From assembly GCA_951406725.2 (NCBI GenBank), contig OX597825.1, forward strand, positions 83,638,001 to 83,702,000: a stretch of 64,000 nucleotides of DNA, written 5' to 3'. Below, in pieces: positions 13,968 to 28,563 of this stretch. The notes beneath the pieces were generated by a model. That model saw only the letters and a program-made list of their open reading frames with translations. It was not told where the DNA came from and did no database searches. Source of the stretch: Octopus vulgaris (lineage: Eukaryota). Position 1 is the stretch's first letter, and each line of letters opens with the position of its first letter. The position numbers and the translations under genes are program-made.

Positions 13968-14540
13968 GTGAAAAAGAAATTGCTTGAAGTAGAAGCAAAT
14001 CACCATCAAAGCTTACTTTAGTGATGAAACAAGTGAATGTTGTTCAGAATATGAACAGATAAAATTTTGGCCGTGGCGTTAAGAAGCTTGTGTGTGTGTG
14101 TATGTGTGTGTGTGTGTACTTAGGCTTGTACTCACAGTGCTTGACAGCTGGAGTTGGTTTGTTTATGTTCCCGTAGCTTAATATTTCAGAAAAAAAAAAA
14201 CAGAAAGCAGAAAACAAGACGGTAGAAGGGTTAAGAAACTGGGGCTAATTTCTTCAAATGAAACTCTTTCAAATCGTTGCTCCAGCACAGCCGCAGACCA
14301 GTGGCTGATACAAGTAAAAATGAAAATGTTGTTCATTAGGTGATCGACTGTGATCATAATTCTGTCTACTTGATCTGCTTTGGCCAAGGGTTACACAACA
14401 CGACGACGACGACTACCACAGTGATTCTATATATATGAAAGACATTGATAAAATATCTAGATATAAATATGGAAGACCAGCCGTGTAATTATTCGCATCG
14501 ACATTCTTTTCCATATAATAATAATAACGATAATAATAAC

Positions 14541-14616
<76 letters not shown>

Positions 14617-14689
14617 TGGCTGCTTTGCTGGTTGCTAAGATAAACAATTTTATTGTCTATTAATTTCCAGTTGCCGTAGTTGTTGTTAT

Positions 14690-14905
<216 letters not shown>

Positions 14906-15000
14906 TTGTATGAAGGCATTGCAGAGAGCTAAAATTACATATAATTACATATTGCGTACACCTGAGACAAACGCATTGGCGAACTATGGATGACTGTAGT

Positions 15001-15032
15001 CTTTGATCTTGACCAAATGGCTGAGTAGCGAT
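15001..15032 (-). pseudogene. U2 snRNA 5' fragment (nt 1-32)
   Basis: RC ATCGCTACTCAGCCATTTGGTCAAGATCAAAG vs recalled metazoan U2 ATCGCTTCTCGGCCTTTTGGCTAAGATCAA(A)G; about 27/32 identity, starting at U2 nt 1. Confidence 0.7.
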
Positions 15033-15299
15033 TAACTTGGGAATAAGCGGAATAGAAATACGAATTAATAAATAACTAAGCAAATATATATACATAACAA
15101 AATATTCTGGAATTCAATTATACAATTCTACTTATTCTATTATTCTTTCTACTTTGTGTTATAGAATATTATTTTCATCATTTCAAACTGACAGAACAAT
15201 CTAATGCTATTCTCACCTCTGTGTATTTAATTATATCTATGTTTGTTTTATATCTTGCAAAATTTTCCATTCCAATCCATTCGGAAATTTTTGGCACAG

Positions 15300-15872
<573 letters not shown>

Positions 15873-17687
15873 TATCTTTATGAAAGTATGTATATGTGTC
15901 TGTGTTTGTGCATGTTTGTGTGTGTATGTATGTGCGTGTATGTGTATGTGTGTGTGTGTGCTTTGGGAGACATTTATCTGCGTTAATCTAGCTGTCTATC
16001 TATGTATGTCTTTTTTTTCATATCTTTCTTGTAATTTGTTTGTCATTGCACTGCTGTCATGCTGGGTCAAGTCCTTGAAGGGTTTTAGTCGAACGAATCA
16101 ATCCTAGCGTTATTTACCTACAACCTGGTACGTATTCTGTAAAGTTAAGGGGACGTAAACTAACCAACCCCGTTTGTCCAAACGGCATAAAGGGACACAC
16201 ACAAACAACACCCCCCCATCATACATGTGTACAAATATGTACACACAAACATGTGTCCGAGTTTGTGTGTATGTATATGCTAGTGTGTAGTATTTATACA
16301 CTCACACACACATATATATATATGTGCGTGTGTGTGTATGTACGTATGTATATATGTATCTGTGTATAGAATATCACAAGGTGGCAGCACTGGAGCAGAT
16401 GTTGACGATTAGATAAACCTCAAAATTTGATTGCTAGTGTTCAACTTCAATGAGTTCTGATCGTGCAGAGTTATGTTCCAAGACATCCTAGTATAGGACA
16501 TCTTTTAATTCACATCCAGTGTATATTTACTTTAACACACTGGAAATTGATATGAGGAGGGTTTAGCTATTTCGTCTCTCAGTTAAACCAACATTTGACT
16601 GTTAGTATATACGAGGCGGTGCTGAAATATTCCTGGCTTTTGTGAAAAGAAAATACAGGAAAATGTTTTGATTATGAATTAATTTTCATCCTTTCGCGAT
16701 AGATAAAATAAGTGACAGTTAAGTACGTCTCTCTGGGATGTGTGTACTGAGGTTCCTTGCGAATACCGCAGCTCCCTCTTCCTGACCGTTTCCAAACTTC
16801 TCTTCCTCTTCACATTTCCACGTTGGTATGGTGCTCAGTCTAGGAGATACCCAAAAACATTCCTTCATTCATTGCTTTTTTTTTCGTCTTAGAATCCCGA
16901 TTACACATCCGTACAGAGCATCAGGCTTGAACAAATAGGTACTATGTTGTGTATATTCTATAACAGAGATTGATTGATATCACACTCTCCATCGTTAAAT
17001 ACAGCTTTATGTATGTATGCATGTTTCTGAAGATTTTAAATTCTAGTAATTGAGAATTTTTTTCCTTTCTCATCATTGTTTCGAAATCTATGGATCTAGA
17101 AATAGTGAAGAATTGCCCCAGTGCTCTAAGAATATTCTATGATTGCTAGTTTTAGTCATTGCCTTGTGGCCATGCCGGAGCACCACCTCTAGAAGTTGTA
17201 GATGTTAATGTCGATGTCTGTACACAAATTTATTTGGCAAACATGTTATCGTTCTCTATTCATCGAAGCGCTTCACTACAGTTTTCGAGAAGGAATAGAT
17301 ACAACACCTATTTTCACAAACACACACACACATACACACACACACATACACACACACACATACACGCACACACACACACACACTCACACATATAAACACT
17401 CATAATTGTATGTATAAATATGTGTGCGTTTGTATACGACGGAATTCCACTCAGCTTGCATCTACCAAACGTCCTTCACAAGACATTGATTAAGCTAAGT
17501 TACACCAAAGACTCCTACCACAAGAAGCTCGCATCCAGGAGAAGAGTATTGCAAAGCGACCTTATTAAATGCACAGTTATGCCTACAATGCAGGAATCCA
17601 AATAGGAATTACAACATACTTCTAAACACATATAGTTTCGAAATTTAATTTTTTCATGAAATAATTTTGAACGAGTTTTAATTAAAA

Positions 17688-18070
17688 CTAGCAGTATCGC
17701 CCGGCGTTGCTCGGGTTTCTTTCGACCTTTTAGAATTGGAATTTTTAAAAAGTAAAAATTCTGTATTATGTAGCTTGTTATTCTATTTAAGTGAACATTT
17801 TTCTGGTTGAAATACACCGAAAAATGACAACACAGCAGTCAAAAAATCGTAAAAAAATAGGGATTTTCATAGATAAAAAGCACCTTTTTAATGTAAATAA
17901 TTTTTGGCCTTAACATGGTTCGATTTAAATTTTTATTTCTTCTACGGAATGAAGAGCAACCCTTCGTCTATCATACTCTCAATTTCGGTCAACTTGCGCC
18001 GCAGGAGATAGTGTTATCTGAAGATTACCAAATCTGCCATACACAGACAACTTCAGCTTTATATATAGAG
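17688..18070 (-). mobile_element. Non-autonomous Helitron
   Basis: Minus strand: 5' TC(TATATATAAAGC...), 3' hairpin CCCG-AGCAACGC-CGGG then CGATACTG-CTAG followed by T; same 3' end as 35190-35513. Confidence 0.8.
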
Positions 18071-19368
18071 AGAGATTGGTCTTTGTTGTTTCGCACTACC
18101 TTTGTTGTTGTTTTAGTTGTCATTTAAGAATAGGTTATCTACTATTTGATACAAGGTATTCCAGCCCTAAGTAATATTATTTAATGCCGCCTTTCGTTTT
18201 TAAGATTGTATTGTATGATTTGAAAGCGATTTTGCTGGTGTTTCTTGGTTTTAAACAACCACGTATAAGACAGCGTTCTTTGAGTTAGAAAGAAGCCGTT
18301 AAACAGCAACGTGATATTATTATTCACAGAAATAATGGAAACACTAAAATATTTTTTTACTAAATATTAAATGTGATTCTTTCGAAAATATGATACCAGC
18401 GCCAACTTTCTCGGAATCTCAGATAAACATAGAGGAATTATAGTCTAATGGTGGTTTGTGTTTTTATTAAGCGTAAAAGGGACGAAGTTACAAAACAAAG
18501 TTGTTATATAAGATGTTATAATGTCTCGTAGAAAACGGTTTTAGTTTTAAAATTTGAGAAACAATAAAACTGAGACTTGATTTGAATGAATCAAAGTAGT
18601 GGCGCTTAAGTGGTCACATAGCCATGTAAAAATAGCAGGCAACCGGGTCTCAAATCACATTGTACGGTCTGGAGACAGGAAATAATATATTGGATAATGT
18701 AGTGCTAGATATAACCCTTATAAATACGTGATGGTCAAGGAAGGAATGACTACTCGCACTGAAAGTTAAAGCCAGAAGATTAGCAACATCAACGATTGGA
18801 AATTAATTCTAACTTCAGGGTAGAGAGATATACAATGGGAATCGAAACCTTTTCCGCTGGTTACCAATCACCGAACGGTCATTGACGTTTTGAATTAAGA
18901 ATGTTGAACCAATTTACGCGAAGAAACCTTTTAGCAGAACCAGGTTTCTTTTCCAAATAAAAATCATTGAATATGCAGCGTTTGAAGTTTACATTTGAAG
19001 TGATACAGGCTCAAGAAGAATTTACCATTGAAACAGATCATAGAGAATGATTCCAAATAGCTTTCATCTCTTCTTTGAGACACAATGTTATTTCTTGCGT
19101 TAGGAAACAATTTTCCCTGAGATAATTTTTCGAAACTTTCATCAGCTGTTCCTCTCAAAAACAAAATCCAAGACTTTTCCTGAATACACTTCTACATTGC
19201 GGGTGTTTGCCTCAAAGGCACATTATACATTATGCACCCACCACAAAAGTATTTTATTTTCTGTTAATTGCATGTTTTATATTTAAGAGATAAGGAAATA
19301 TGTACATTATTTTCATTATTTATATTTTTCACATTTGACGGATATTTGTCCACATCTTGTTTGTTCTT

Positions 19369-19414
19369 AACACAATGTTTCGGCTGATATACCCTTCAGC
19401 CTTCATCAGGTATC
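19369..19414 (-). ncRNA. Minimal type I hammerhead motif within a PLE-like repeat (~19290-19445)
   Basis: RC GATAC-CTGATGA-A-GGCTGA-agggtata-TCAGCC-GAAA-CATT-GTGTT. Confidence 0.6.
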
Positions 19415-19449
19415 TTGGGGAAATTTCGAACCTAGGTTCTCATACCAAT

Positions 19450-19790
19450 GTGGTCCGAAAACTACGGGTGAAAGGATACGGCTGTGGACCGTTGGTAATG
19501 GGCTTTGCATATCAAAAATCCAAGATACATTTTGAGTTTAATAACTATTTATTATTGTAGCTACAGGATTTGTACTAACACAAGGGCAATGTAAGGCAGA
19601 AATTGTGTTCTTGAGAAAGAAAACCATGCAACTCTTTAATTCATACACTACAAATGATGACGATATCTAGGACAATATAAATCTGCAGGGACTTCTTAAG
19701 AGCTAATGGATTATAAGAAAAACAATATGTTATCCTTTACAGTCGTACAACCAGTCAACATTAACTATAAATTAACAAGAGAAAAAGAGA
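19450..19790 (+). mobile_element. Decayed 3' end of an R4-like (REL-endonuclease) non-LTR element, followed by (CATA)n
   Basis: Translations LFIIVATGFV and TLQMMTISRTI*ICRDFLR parallel the element at 19860. Confidence 0.4.
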
Positions 19791-19859
19791 ACATACATAC
19801 ATACATACATACATACATACATACATACATACATACATACATACATACATACATGCATA

Positions 19860-20242
19860 TGTAGCACACTCCAAAGTACCAATCCTGAGTAATTAAGCTT
19901 CTCAAAACCAGAAAGAAGAAAGCTGGTTCGAAGATTACGGATTCAAGCCATCACTGGAACTGTGAAAATCTGAAGAAAAAAAACATTCCAGAAGTTTATT
20001 ATTTAAATATATATGAGTATGTGTAACTATGCTAGTATATGCATGAGAAGACAAAGCATGCAAATCTCCACGTATACATACATACATACATACATACATA
20101 CATACATACATACATACATACATACATACATACATACATGCATACGTGCGTACATACATACATACATACATACATACATACATACATACATACATACATA
20201 CATACATACATACATACATACATACATACATACATACATACA

Positions 20243-20275
<33 letters not shown>

Positions 20276-20470
20276 GCATACATATATATATATATACATA
20301 CATACATACATACATACATACATACATACATACATACATACATACATACATACATACAAAAATAGCCTGTTGTTGATGTTGAAATTCCAATGACGGATCC
20401 TTGGATCTATATTAGAAACCAGCTCTTTCTTTATTGGCAAAAAATCTTGCAATAAAACGGAACAATGACA
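19860..20470 (+). mobile_element. 3' end of an R4-like non-LTR element embedded in (CATA)n
   Basis: FSKPERRKLVRRLRIQAITGTVKI*RKKTFQKF C-terminus, then 3' UTR with internal and terminal (CATA)n. Confidence 0.55.
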
Positions 20471-20659
20471 TACATACGTACATACGTACATATACACATA
20501 CATACACACACATGCATACATATACACATACATTACATACATGCATACATACATGCATACATACATACTTAAATACATACATACATACATACGTATACAT
20601 ATATACGTATACATACATACATACATACACACATATATACGTATACATACATACATATA

Positions 20660-20930
20660 TGATGGCTGCCCCCTCGTTATCGAGTATGGACATTGCACGA
20701 AGCTTAACCGTTACTGGTGATGTGATCGAATGTAACGTTTTAGCACAGCTAAAGATCTACAACGTCTTATACAGAATTGGCAACTAAAATATTTACCGTA
20801 ATAGCCGGCTGTAGTTGTAACTGTGCTTCATGTAACTTTGTATGTCGTTTAAGTCCCAGTGGCCAGGTTGTCACTCATCTGTCTCACTTTATGACTACGA
20901 AGATGACTCTAGAGTCCAGCTTTACTGAGG
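20660..20930 (-). mobile_element. Probable RTE-type LINE 3' end fragment
   Basis: RC ends ...CTCGATAACGAGGGGGCAGCCATCAT, resembling RTE 3' tails. Confidence 0.35.
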
Positions 20931-21198
20931 CATACATACATACATACATACATACACGCTCATACACATATACATACATACATGTACGAGTTTTGGCCCG
21001 AAAGAAAAGCAAAATGTGTGTGATTTTGTTATTAAATGAATTAAGACTTTAAAATTTTGGATGATGATGGGTGGCGTGTCTTATATAATGCTCAATATAG
21101 TTGCCATGACGCGATGCATCTGTGCATTACATTATTGTATTATGCTCTTTAATGCACATTAAATGACCTCACAATTATACTGCACACATGAATAAATA

Positions 21199-21371
21199 GG
21201 CGCAGGAGTGGCTGTGTGGTAAGTAGCTTGCTTACCAACCACATGGTTCCGAGTTCAGTCCTACTGCGTAGCACCTTAGGCAAGTGTCTTCTACTATAAC
21301 CTCCGGCTGACCAAACCCTTGTGAGTGGAGTTGGTAGACGGAAACTGAAAAAAGCCCGTCGTAAACATGTT

Positions 21372-21453
<82 letters not shown>

Positions 21454-21689
21454 TGTGTGTGTGTGTGCGTGCGTATGTATTTGTGTGTGTGTTAGTCCCC
21501 CCAACATCGCTTGACAACCGACGCTGGTGTGTTTACGCCCCCGTGACTTAGCGGTTCGGCAAAACAGACCGATAGAATAAGTACTAGTCCTACAAAGAAT
21601 AAGTCCTCGGGTCGATTTGCTCGACCAAATACGGTGCTCCAGTATGGCCGCAGTCAAATGACTGAAACAAGTAAAACAGTAAAAGAGTA
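21199..21689 (+). mobile_element. tRNA-head SINE family A, full length, with internal (TA)n(TG)n
   Basis: GGCGCAGGAGTGGCTGTGTGGTAAG...GTTCAGTCC...; tail CAGTCAAATGACTGAAAC plus short repeats; many copies in the window. Confidence 0.9.
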
Positions 21690-22009
21690 TACATTTATGC
21701 ATAATAAATTCATATTCATTCACACAATGTGTGGTGCGCTTAGTTTTGTGTGTAATAGTAACGTGAGAACTTAAATAGGCTATGGTTTCCATATAAAGAA
21801 ATCCATATAAAGAAATCAAATACAACTAACATATTATAAATAGAATCTATAAATGGAACGTTAAAAATATGCAAGACGTTTTTCAAGTACATTTGTGGGT
21901 TTGTTTTTGTTATCTACATTCCATTATCGGAGATTTGTATCCGTGTTAAAAATCCAACACCTTTACAGAAAAACTTCAAGCACTTCAAATTAGGAAGGAA
22001 TCATATAAG

Positions 22010-22390
<381 letters not shown>

Positions 22391-23252
22391 AGATATACAT
22401 TGACATGTATGCATTTGTGAATGTATATTTTTGTAAAAGTATTTTCTATAGAAACATTCTTAATTAGGTGTTAGTGTGTGCTTATGGATATTTCCAACAA
22501 AGTTAGGTACACAGTGCACATACATTATGAAGCAGTGTGGGAATACAATAATAATAAGCTGAAATTTAATTAAATTCGACAAAACTAACGAGAGAAAATT
22601 GAGCAAAATTTCAACACAAATTTTCATAATTTTTGCTTCACACAGGATAAATATAAAAAATAAAACACTTATATTTGAATGTACCCATTAACAGAGAATG
22701 CAATTATAAAGCGGAGGCTGTGAACTTAAAAATCATTACTTGGAATCTCTTTTCCAACTGAGGTTTTACCTAGTTTAATTAATGCAATAATTAGTAAAAT
22801 AAGCTTCTGGTTAAACAACGAAATTGTTTTCATGCTTCTAATGTTCTTGAACTGATAATTTTGATTTCACGTGTAATTGTGTAATTAAAATGAAAATATG
22901 AACAGAATAAGTACAACGTAAGTATGCGTGTACGTGTGTATAAATTCATACACACACCAGCATATACATACATACATATATTTATATATATTTTCTGTGT
23001 ATTCTTTTCGTATATTTGCTGTAATTTAATAATGTTTTTTCTCTCTTTAATGCATGTGATTGATGTCATACATGCAACATATGCGCGTTTCTTTCTGTGT
23101 ATATACATACACGCAAACAGGTGTATTCACACACGCATTTATTTATACTCATGTATTTATGTAGGCGTATCTTAGCAGTATTTTGTGTGCGTGTATATGT
23201 GCGTGTGTGTGTGTGCGTGCGTATACATTTAAACGTATTATGCTGACGTATG

Positions 23253-24813
23253 TACTGTAGTAGTCAAAATTAGGAAACGAAAATGAAATTTAATGATATT
23301 TACATTTCTTTAAATTCCTATTTCTTCATTTTTCTGAATGGGATTTTTTTACTGCATATACATTAAAGTATATTCATTATTAACAATACATTTTGTAGAA
23401 AGTAATTTATAACGAAATAATTTATGATAGAAAAAATAGTTATTTGAAAAATACAAGATCGAGAAAATTAGAGAACGTATGATATAAAATTCAAAAAATT
23501 AAAATCTGACAGCACTCCAACCGATGCAAATTAAGTTCACCTAATGTGCAAAGATTTATATAGGACATTAGAAAACCGATGTAAAGTTGATGAAAGCCTG
23601 AGGAAGCGGGTAGTCACATTGATAAAAGAAGGAATGGCATTTTCTTCTATCGTCAGAGACAGTAACAGATCAAAGAGTGTTGTTTGAAGAATACACAAGC
23701 TTGATAACAAAACAAGCTGGTTTGTGTCATTAGAAAAACGAAGACCACGGAAAACAAGTGTTTGCCAAGACTGTGTGATTCAGAGGCTGTCGTTAAGAGA
23801 CCATTAAGATACTGCTGCAGGAAATTCTCGCAAAGCAAATCGTGATTATGGAATGAATGTGTCTCGGAGGACTGTGGCTTGTTGTTTGAAGAAAATTGGA
23901 CGTCATGCCCATTTAATCTGCCACTAAACTTCTTAACAGTTTAAGGCACCGAAAAGCGAGGTTAATCTTTGCAAGTGAGCAGATGCGTTGGACGGACGAC
24001 AACTGATCACGTGTGTTCTTCAGTGATGAAAGCAAATTCAATTTGGTCGGTTCTGATCGAAGCCAATACATGAGATGTCGTAAAACTGAAAGATTGCTCC
24101 CCGAATGCATGAAGATGTCAGTGAAGTTTGGAGGTGGGGTTTTTATCGTATTGGGAATGATTTCTGAAGCAGGTGTTGGGTCTTTGATCCGAAGCCACGG
24201 TAATGTGAATGCAGCCTTATACAAAATCATCGTTCTGCAATATATCGTGTCAGCTATCAGGTCATCTCTAACTCGTCAGTCAATCTTTATACAGGATAAT
24301 ACACCGTATCCGTGCTAAAATAGTTAAAGTGGTGTTTGAAGCTAAAAGCCTTAATATAATGCGTTGGTCAGCTCAGAGCACTGACCTTAATTCCAATTAA
24401 AATTTATGGAAGATACTTAGCGATAAGATCCTAGAACACAGACCTGCGAATGTTATGATTTTGTGGGGGGAAAACCCCAGGGAGAATGGTATAAAATTAC
24501 GTCAGAAGAATGTGAGAAATTGGTCAAAGTCAAGAAAAATAAAGGATTGAACTCATCTAATCAATATATTGAAGTGGATTGTAAATATTTCCGGAAAAGT
24601 GTTGATTTCTTGAATTTTACGTCATACGTTCACCAATTTTGTCCATCGTGTTTTTTTTTTCAAATAAACGTTGTTATTTTTTTCTATTACAAATTATTTA
24701 GTTATTAATCTCTTCCTACAAAATTTATTGTAAATAATGAATGTACGTTACTGAAGTAGAATTGTAAATATCTATATTTCTTATTTTTGGTCTCTAATTT
24801 TGGTCACTAATAT
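23253..24813 (+). mobile_element. Decayed full-length Tc1-like (DD34E-type) DNA transposon
   Basis: FFSDESKFNL, VKFGGG, FIQDN and a decayed W.AQSTDLN..NLW motif; imperfect TIRs TACTGTAGTAGTCAAAATTAG (23253) / CTAATTTTGGTCACTAATATA (~24800); multiple stops and frameshifts. Confidence 0.85.
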
Positions 24814-24895
24814 ATATATATATGTAGATAGATAGATACATACATACATTCATGCACACACACACACGCACATACACATACACACACACACACGT

Positions 24896-24924
<29 letters not shown>

Positions 24925-24930
<6 letters not shown>

Positions 24931-25230
24931 GGGTATCCCAAAGTAACTGACGGGTTTCAATTTTTAAATTTTGATCATATTGGAAATCAATATGCACAAA
25001 TCGTATTTGGCAACACCACTACATCACTTAGGAAAAATGACATCGCTTAAATGGCAGCCATTTTGGGATTCGCATGCCCGTGCTCGTTCCAACACTTGCA
25101 TCGTAGCACTCTCAAGAGATTCAGACCGCATTTCCCTGATTTCTTTATGGATGTTCTCTTTCTGTTGCACCAGGGTCTCTGGTTTGTTGACGTAAACCAT
25201 CTCTTTCAGGAACAAGTGTTACACACAACT
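24925..25230 (-). mobile_element. 3' remnant of a second Tc1/mariner-superfamily transposon
   Basis: FLKEMVYVNKPETLVQQKENIHKEI...ERARACESQNGCHLSDVIF C-terminus; TIR-like CAGGGTATCCCAAAGT. Confidence 0.7.
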
Positions 25231-25311
25231 CTAAGCAAATTTATTTCTTTAATATCTTTACACACCAGAAACTGATTCTGACATGGTTTGATTCTATCTC
25301 ATCTATTAAAA

Positions 25312-25709
25312 TTCTTTTATTTGTTTCAGTCATTTGACTGAGGCCATGCAGGAGCATCACCTTTCATCGAACAAATCGACCCCCGGACTTATACTTAATC
25401 TTTGTAGGCCTAGTACTTATTCTATCGGTCACATTTGCCGAACCAGGGACATAAACACACCAACATCGGTTGCCAAGCGATGGTGGGGTGACAAGCCCAA
25501 ACACACAAACAATACCAATGATTGTGTGTGTATATATATATATATACGACGGGCCTCTTTCAGTTTCCATCTACCAAATCCACTCACAGGGCTTTGGTCG
25601 GCCCGTTGTTATATTAGAAATCAGTTGCCCAAGGGGCCATGCAGTGGGACTGAAGCCAGAACCATGTGGTTGGGAAGCAAGCTTCTTACCACACAGCCAC
25701 TCCTGCGTC
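25312..25709 (-). mobile_element. SINE family A
   Basis: Reverse complement matches 21199-21689. Confidence 0.9.
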
Positions 25710-26895
25710 TATATTTAAGATGTTTAAATACAATACTCTATTGCTAAGCAATATTACTTAAGATGAATATTGTTAAGTAATATTACTTAAGATGAAAGAT
25801 TACAGCTAAGCCAAACTTCATACTCAGGGAATAATAGGGATTCAAACAATGGCACAGCTGACAGCATACAAAGCCAATATTCTTATGCTTAATTAACAGC
25901 CGGAAAATAACTCCTCGTGACAACATAAAACTTTTAAGACTTCAAAGCATTACAAACCTTTTACATATCCCAACAGCTACTATAAACTACTCAGACACAA
26001 GTAATTTCTTTTAACACTTTTCACACTGAATACAATAAACTATATTTCCGTACAATTTTAAATTAGATTTCTCTGCATTACATGGCTTGTTTCTAATTAT
26101 TTATGCACACTAACACACTCACGTACGCACGCCCACGCAAGCGCAAACCAAAGAAACGTCACAAGATGGATCTACCTAAGGCCTGCTTCTTGAAGATTCC
26201 CCCCACGTTAATGTGAAGACCACATCCGCCATTTATAAGGCCATCTAAAAAGAATTCCGCGACATCTTACTGGTCCATTGAGGACCATGCCTACGTAAAC
26301 ACCTATCAACGAGGTGGTCACGCGCAAAACGACAGCCCTGCACACTAGCAAGCTGTCCTATTTCGCTAAATTAACATGTGCATACGTACATACGTAGTAT
26401 ACTAGTGACGTATCTTTATTCTGCAAAACCTATCCAAATGCAGCAAGACCACTACAGAGATAGGCGCCTCGAAACTGGGCTCGGAAAAGAACACTGGAAA
26501 TCTCCGAATCAAAGAAGTTATATTGATCCACCGCCTCAGCCCAAAAATTAACAGCCGATTGGAGATTAGCCGGTGACTCCTATGAAAACATTACCGCGAC
26601 ATCGAGGAACAGTATAAGATACGCCACGAACTGCATCTGCCCCCACCACCACGTGAAAATTAATCACAACAACCAGCAGTTGGAGACTTACTGCTACCGC
26701 TACTAAACCAAACGCCGAGCAGTTTAAATAAAATTACGAAATCGATGTGACTAGACATTTCTTGGACTGCTTGCGCCAGTAATATAAAGGTTTTTGTAAA
26801 CCTTTATGCATTGTTAGAAGCTTTTTACTTTATGTTTTTCTACACGTGTGCTACGATACTTCAAGCGCTAGCACACACACACTTATATATATATA

Positions 26896-26942
26896 CTAGC
26901 ATTATGACCCGTCATTGCCGGGTCATAGTGCTAGTGCATGTA

Positions 26943-26983
<41 letters not shown>

Positions 26984-27283
26984 ACATATTACATGTACAT
27001 CTATATATATACATCTACACACAAAATACAAAATACAAAGTTATATCTTGATATCGCTAGTGATAACAATACTCAAAATATATAACAGACTGGAATTGTT
27101 AGCTCGTCTCTTGTAATTTCGATCAATTGTATGTTGTCCTCCCTCGTGTATAGAAGTGTAGCTACAATCCAGCCCACATCTACTTCTGGGGATGGGGGGG
27201 GGGCATTTAAAATTTTTTTTCTGGCACGTCCTACATCCCAGATATAAAGGTAAAAATAAAATATTTCCAATTTGCAAGTTCGA

Positions 27284-27290
<7 letters not shown>
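26896..27290 (-). mobile_element. Probable non-autonomous Helitron
   Basis: Terminal palindrome ACTAGCATTATGACCCG..CGGGTCATAGTGCTAGT with a CTAG end; the other boundary is uncertain. Confidence 0.5.
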
Positions 27291-27334
<44 letters not shown>

Positions 27335-27549
27335 ATTCTATATGGCATTGTACGACACCCAATCATACAGTGTTGTCATCCTCAAAAGTTTTATAATTAT
27401 AACATCCATTCAGTATCACAGTACAATTACTATATCAGCACAAACACGATTATCTTCTGTGGACCGGCCACTTATAATGGCTGACAACTACGACTTTTTT
27501 CCGGGGCTGGTGTACAATTTCACTATACAACATTTATATATTTTCCTTA

Positions 27550-27890
27550 TTCTTTAATAGTCTTAAGTCGAGAGCTACGGTCATACTGGGGCATCGACGC
27601 TAGCTTTGCTACACGTTCACTACTTGAAACCTCCGGTGATATGTGGTATTTGGTGAATGGAAGTTTTGATGCTGCTATCTTCGTCCAAGAAGACTCACCC
27701 GGGAAACTTGACAGAAGGAGATCCAGTTTTGCTTTGAAGACACCTAAATCCACCCCATGCAGGTCTCTCGGCAGTTTTGAGAAAATATCGAAGAGTTGTG
27801 GTCCCTTGAAGCCCAAGCTGTTGCAGTGTCTGCTCCTGTATTTTGATAGCGATGTTTAGATATTTGGTATTCCAAACTTTCGTACAAGTT
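27550..27890 (-). mobile_element. 3' end of a CR1-group LINE (ORF2 C-terminus plus 3' UTR)
   Basis: LGFKGPQLFDIFSKLPRDLHGVDLGVFKAKLDLLLSSFPGE; 3' UTR GATGCCCCAGTATGACCGTAG. Confidence 0.65.
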
Positions 27891-28456
27891 CTTCTAGGAT
27901 TTTCCCCATGTATATCACTGCATATCTTTCCCGACTTTCCTAATAGCTGACATTTCGCATTGAGTAAGTAAAGCTTTGTGTAGCTTTGCAGGATTGTTTC
28001 ATTGGACAAAAATGTGTGAAGTTTTCCTATATCGTTAAAGCAATAGTTGTAATCTTCATAGAAATTTTCGTAAGAGAAAAAACAGCTACAATACTTCAAT
28101 TCCCTTCATTAAATCTTCTTACGTATCAGGTCAATGTGATACCCTAGTTTCTTAACAAATTTCAACAATTTCACCTCTGTATAGTTCCACTACTGAAGCT
28201 ACATTCTCCTTTGCTTTTGATAAGCTCTAAGGATATGCTACAGTGTTTAGAATCTAAGATAACAGCATTTAATACAGCTACATGAGAAACATCACAAGTA
28301 TTTTATCTTTTAATTATTCTACAAAGATTACAATTGTTTTAAAATAATTATGTATTTTCACCCATTTTCAAAAGAAATACATATGCGGAAATCACTTTAA
28401 CCAATTTTCAATTGATATATATATAAACAGGGAGAGGGAAGGATAGATAGTTAGAT

Positions 28457-28563
<107 letters not shown>

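Noticed and set aside
19120-19150. Minus-strand CTGATGA-AAGTTTC-GAAA
   Set aside because: No adequate stem II or stem I; likely chance
26140-26780. GC-richer, coding-like segment (similar impression at 30040-30420)
   Set aside because: No long open frame and no recognisable motif; possibly decayed retroelement sequence but unsupported
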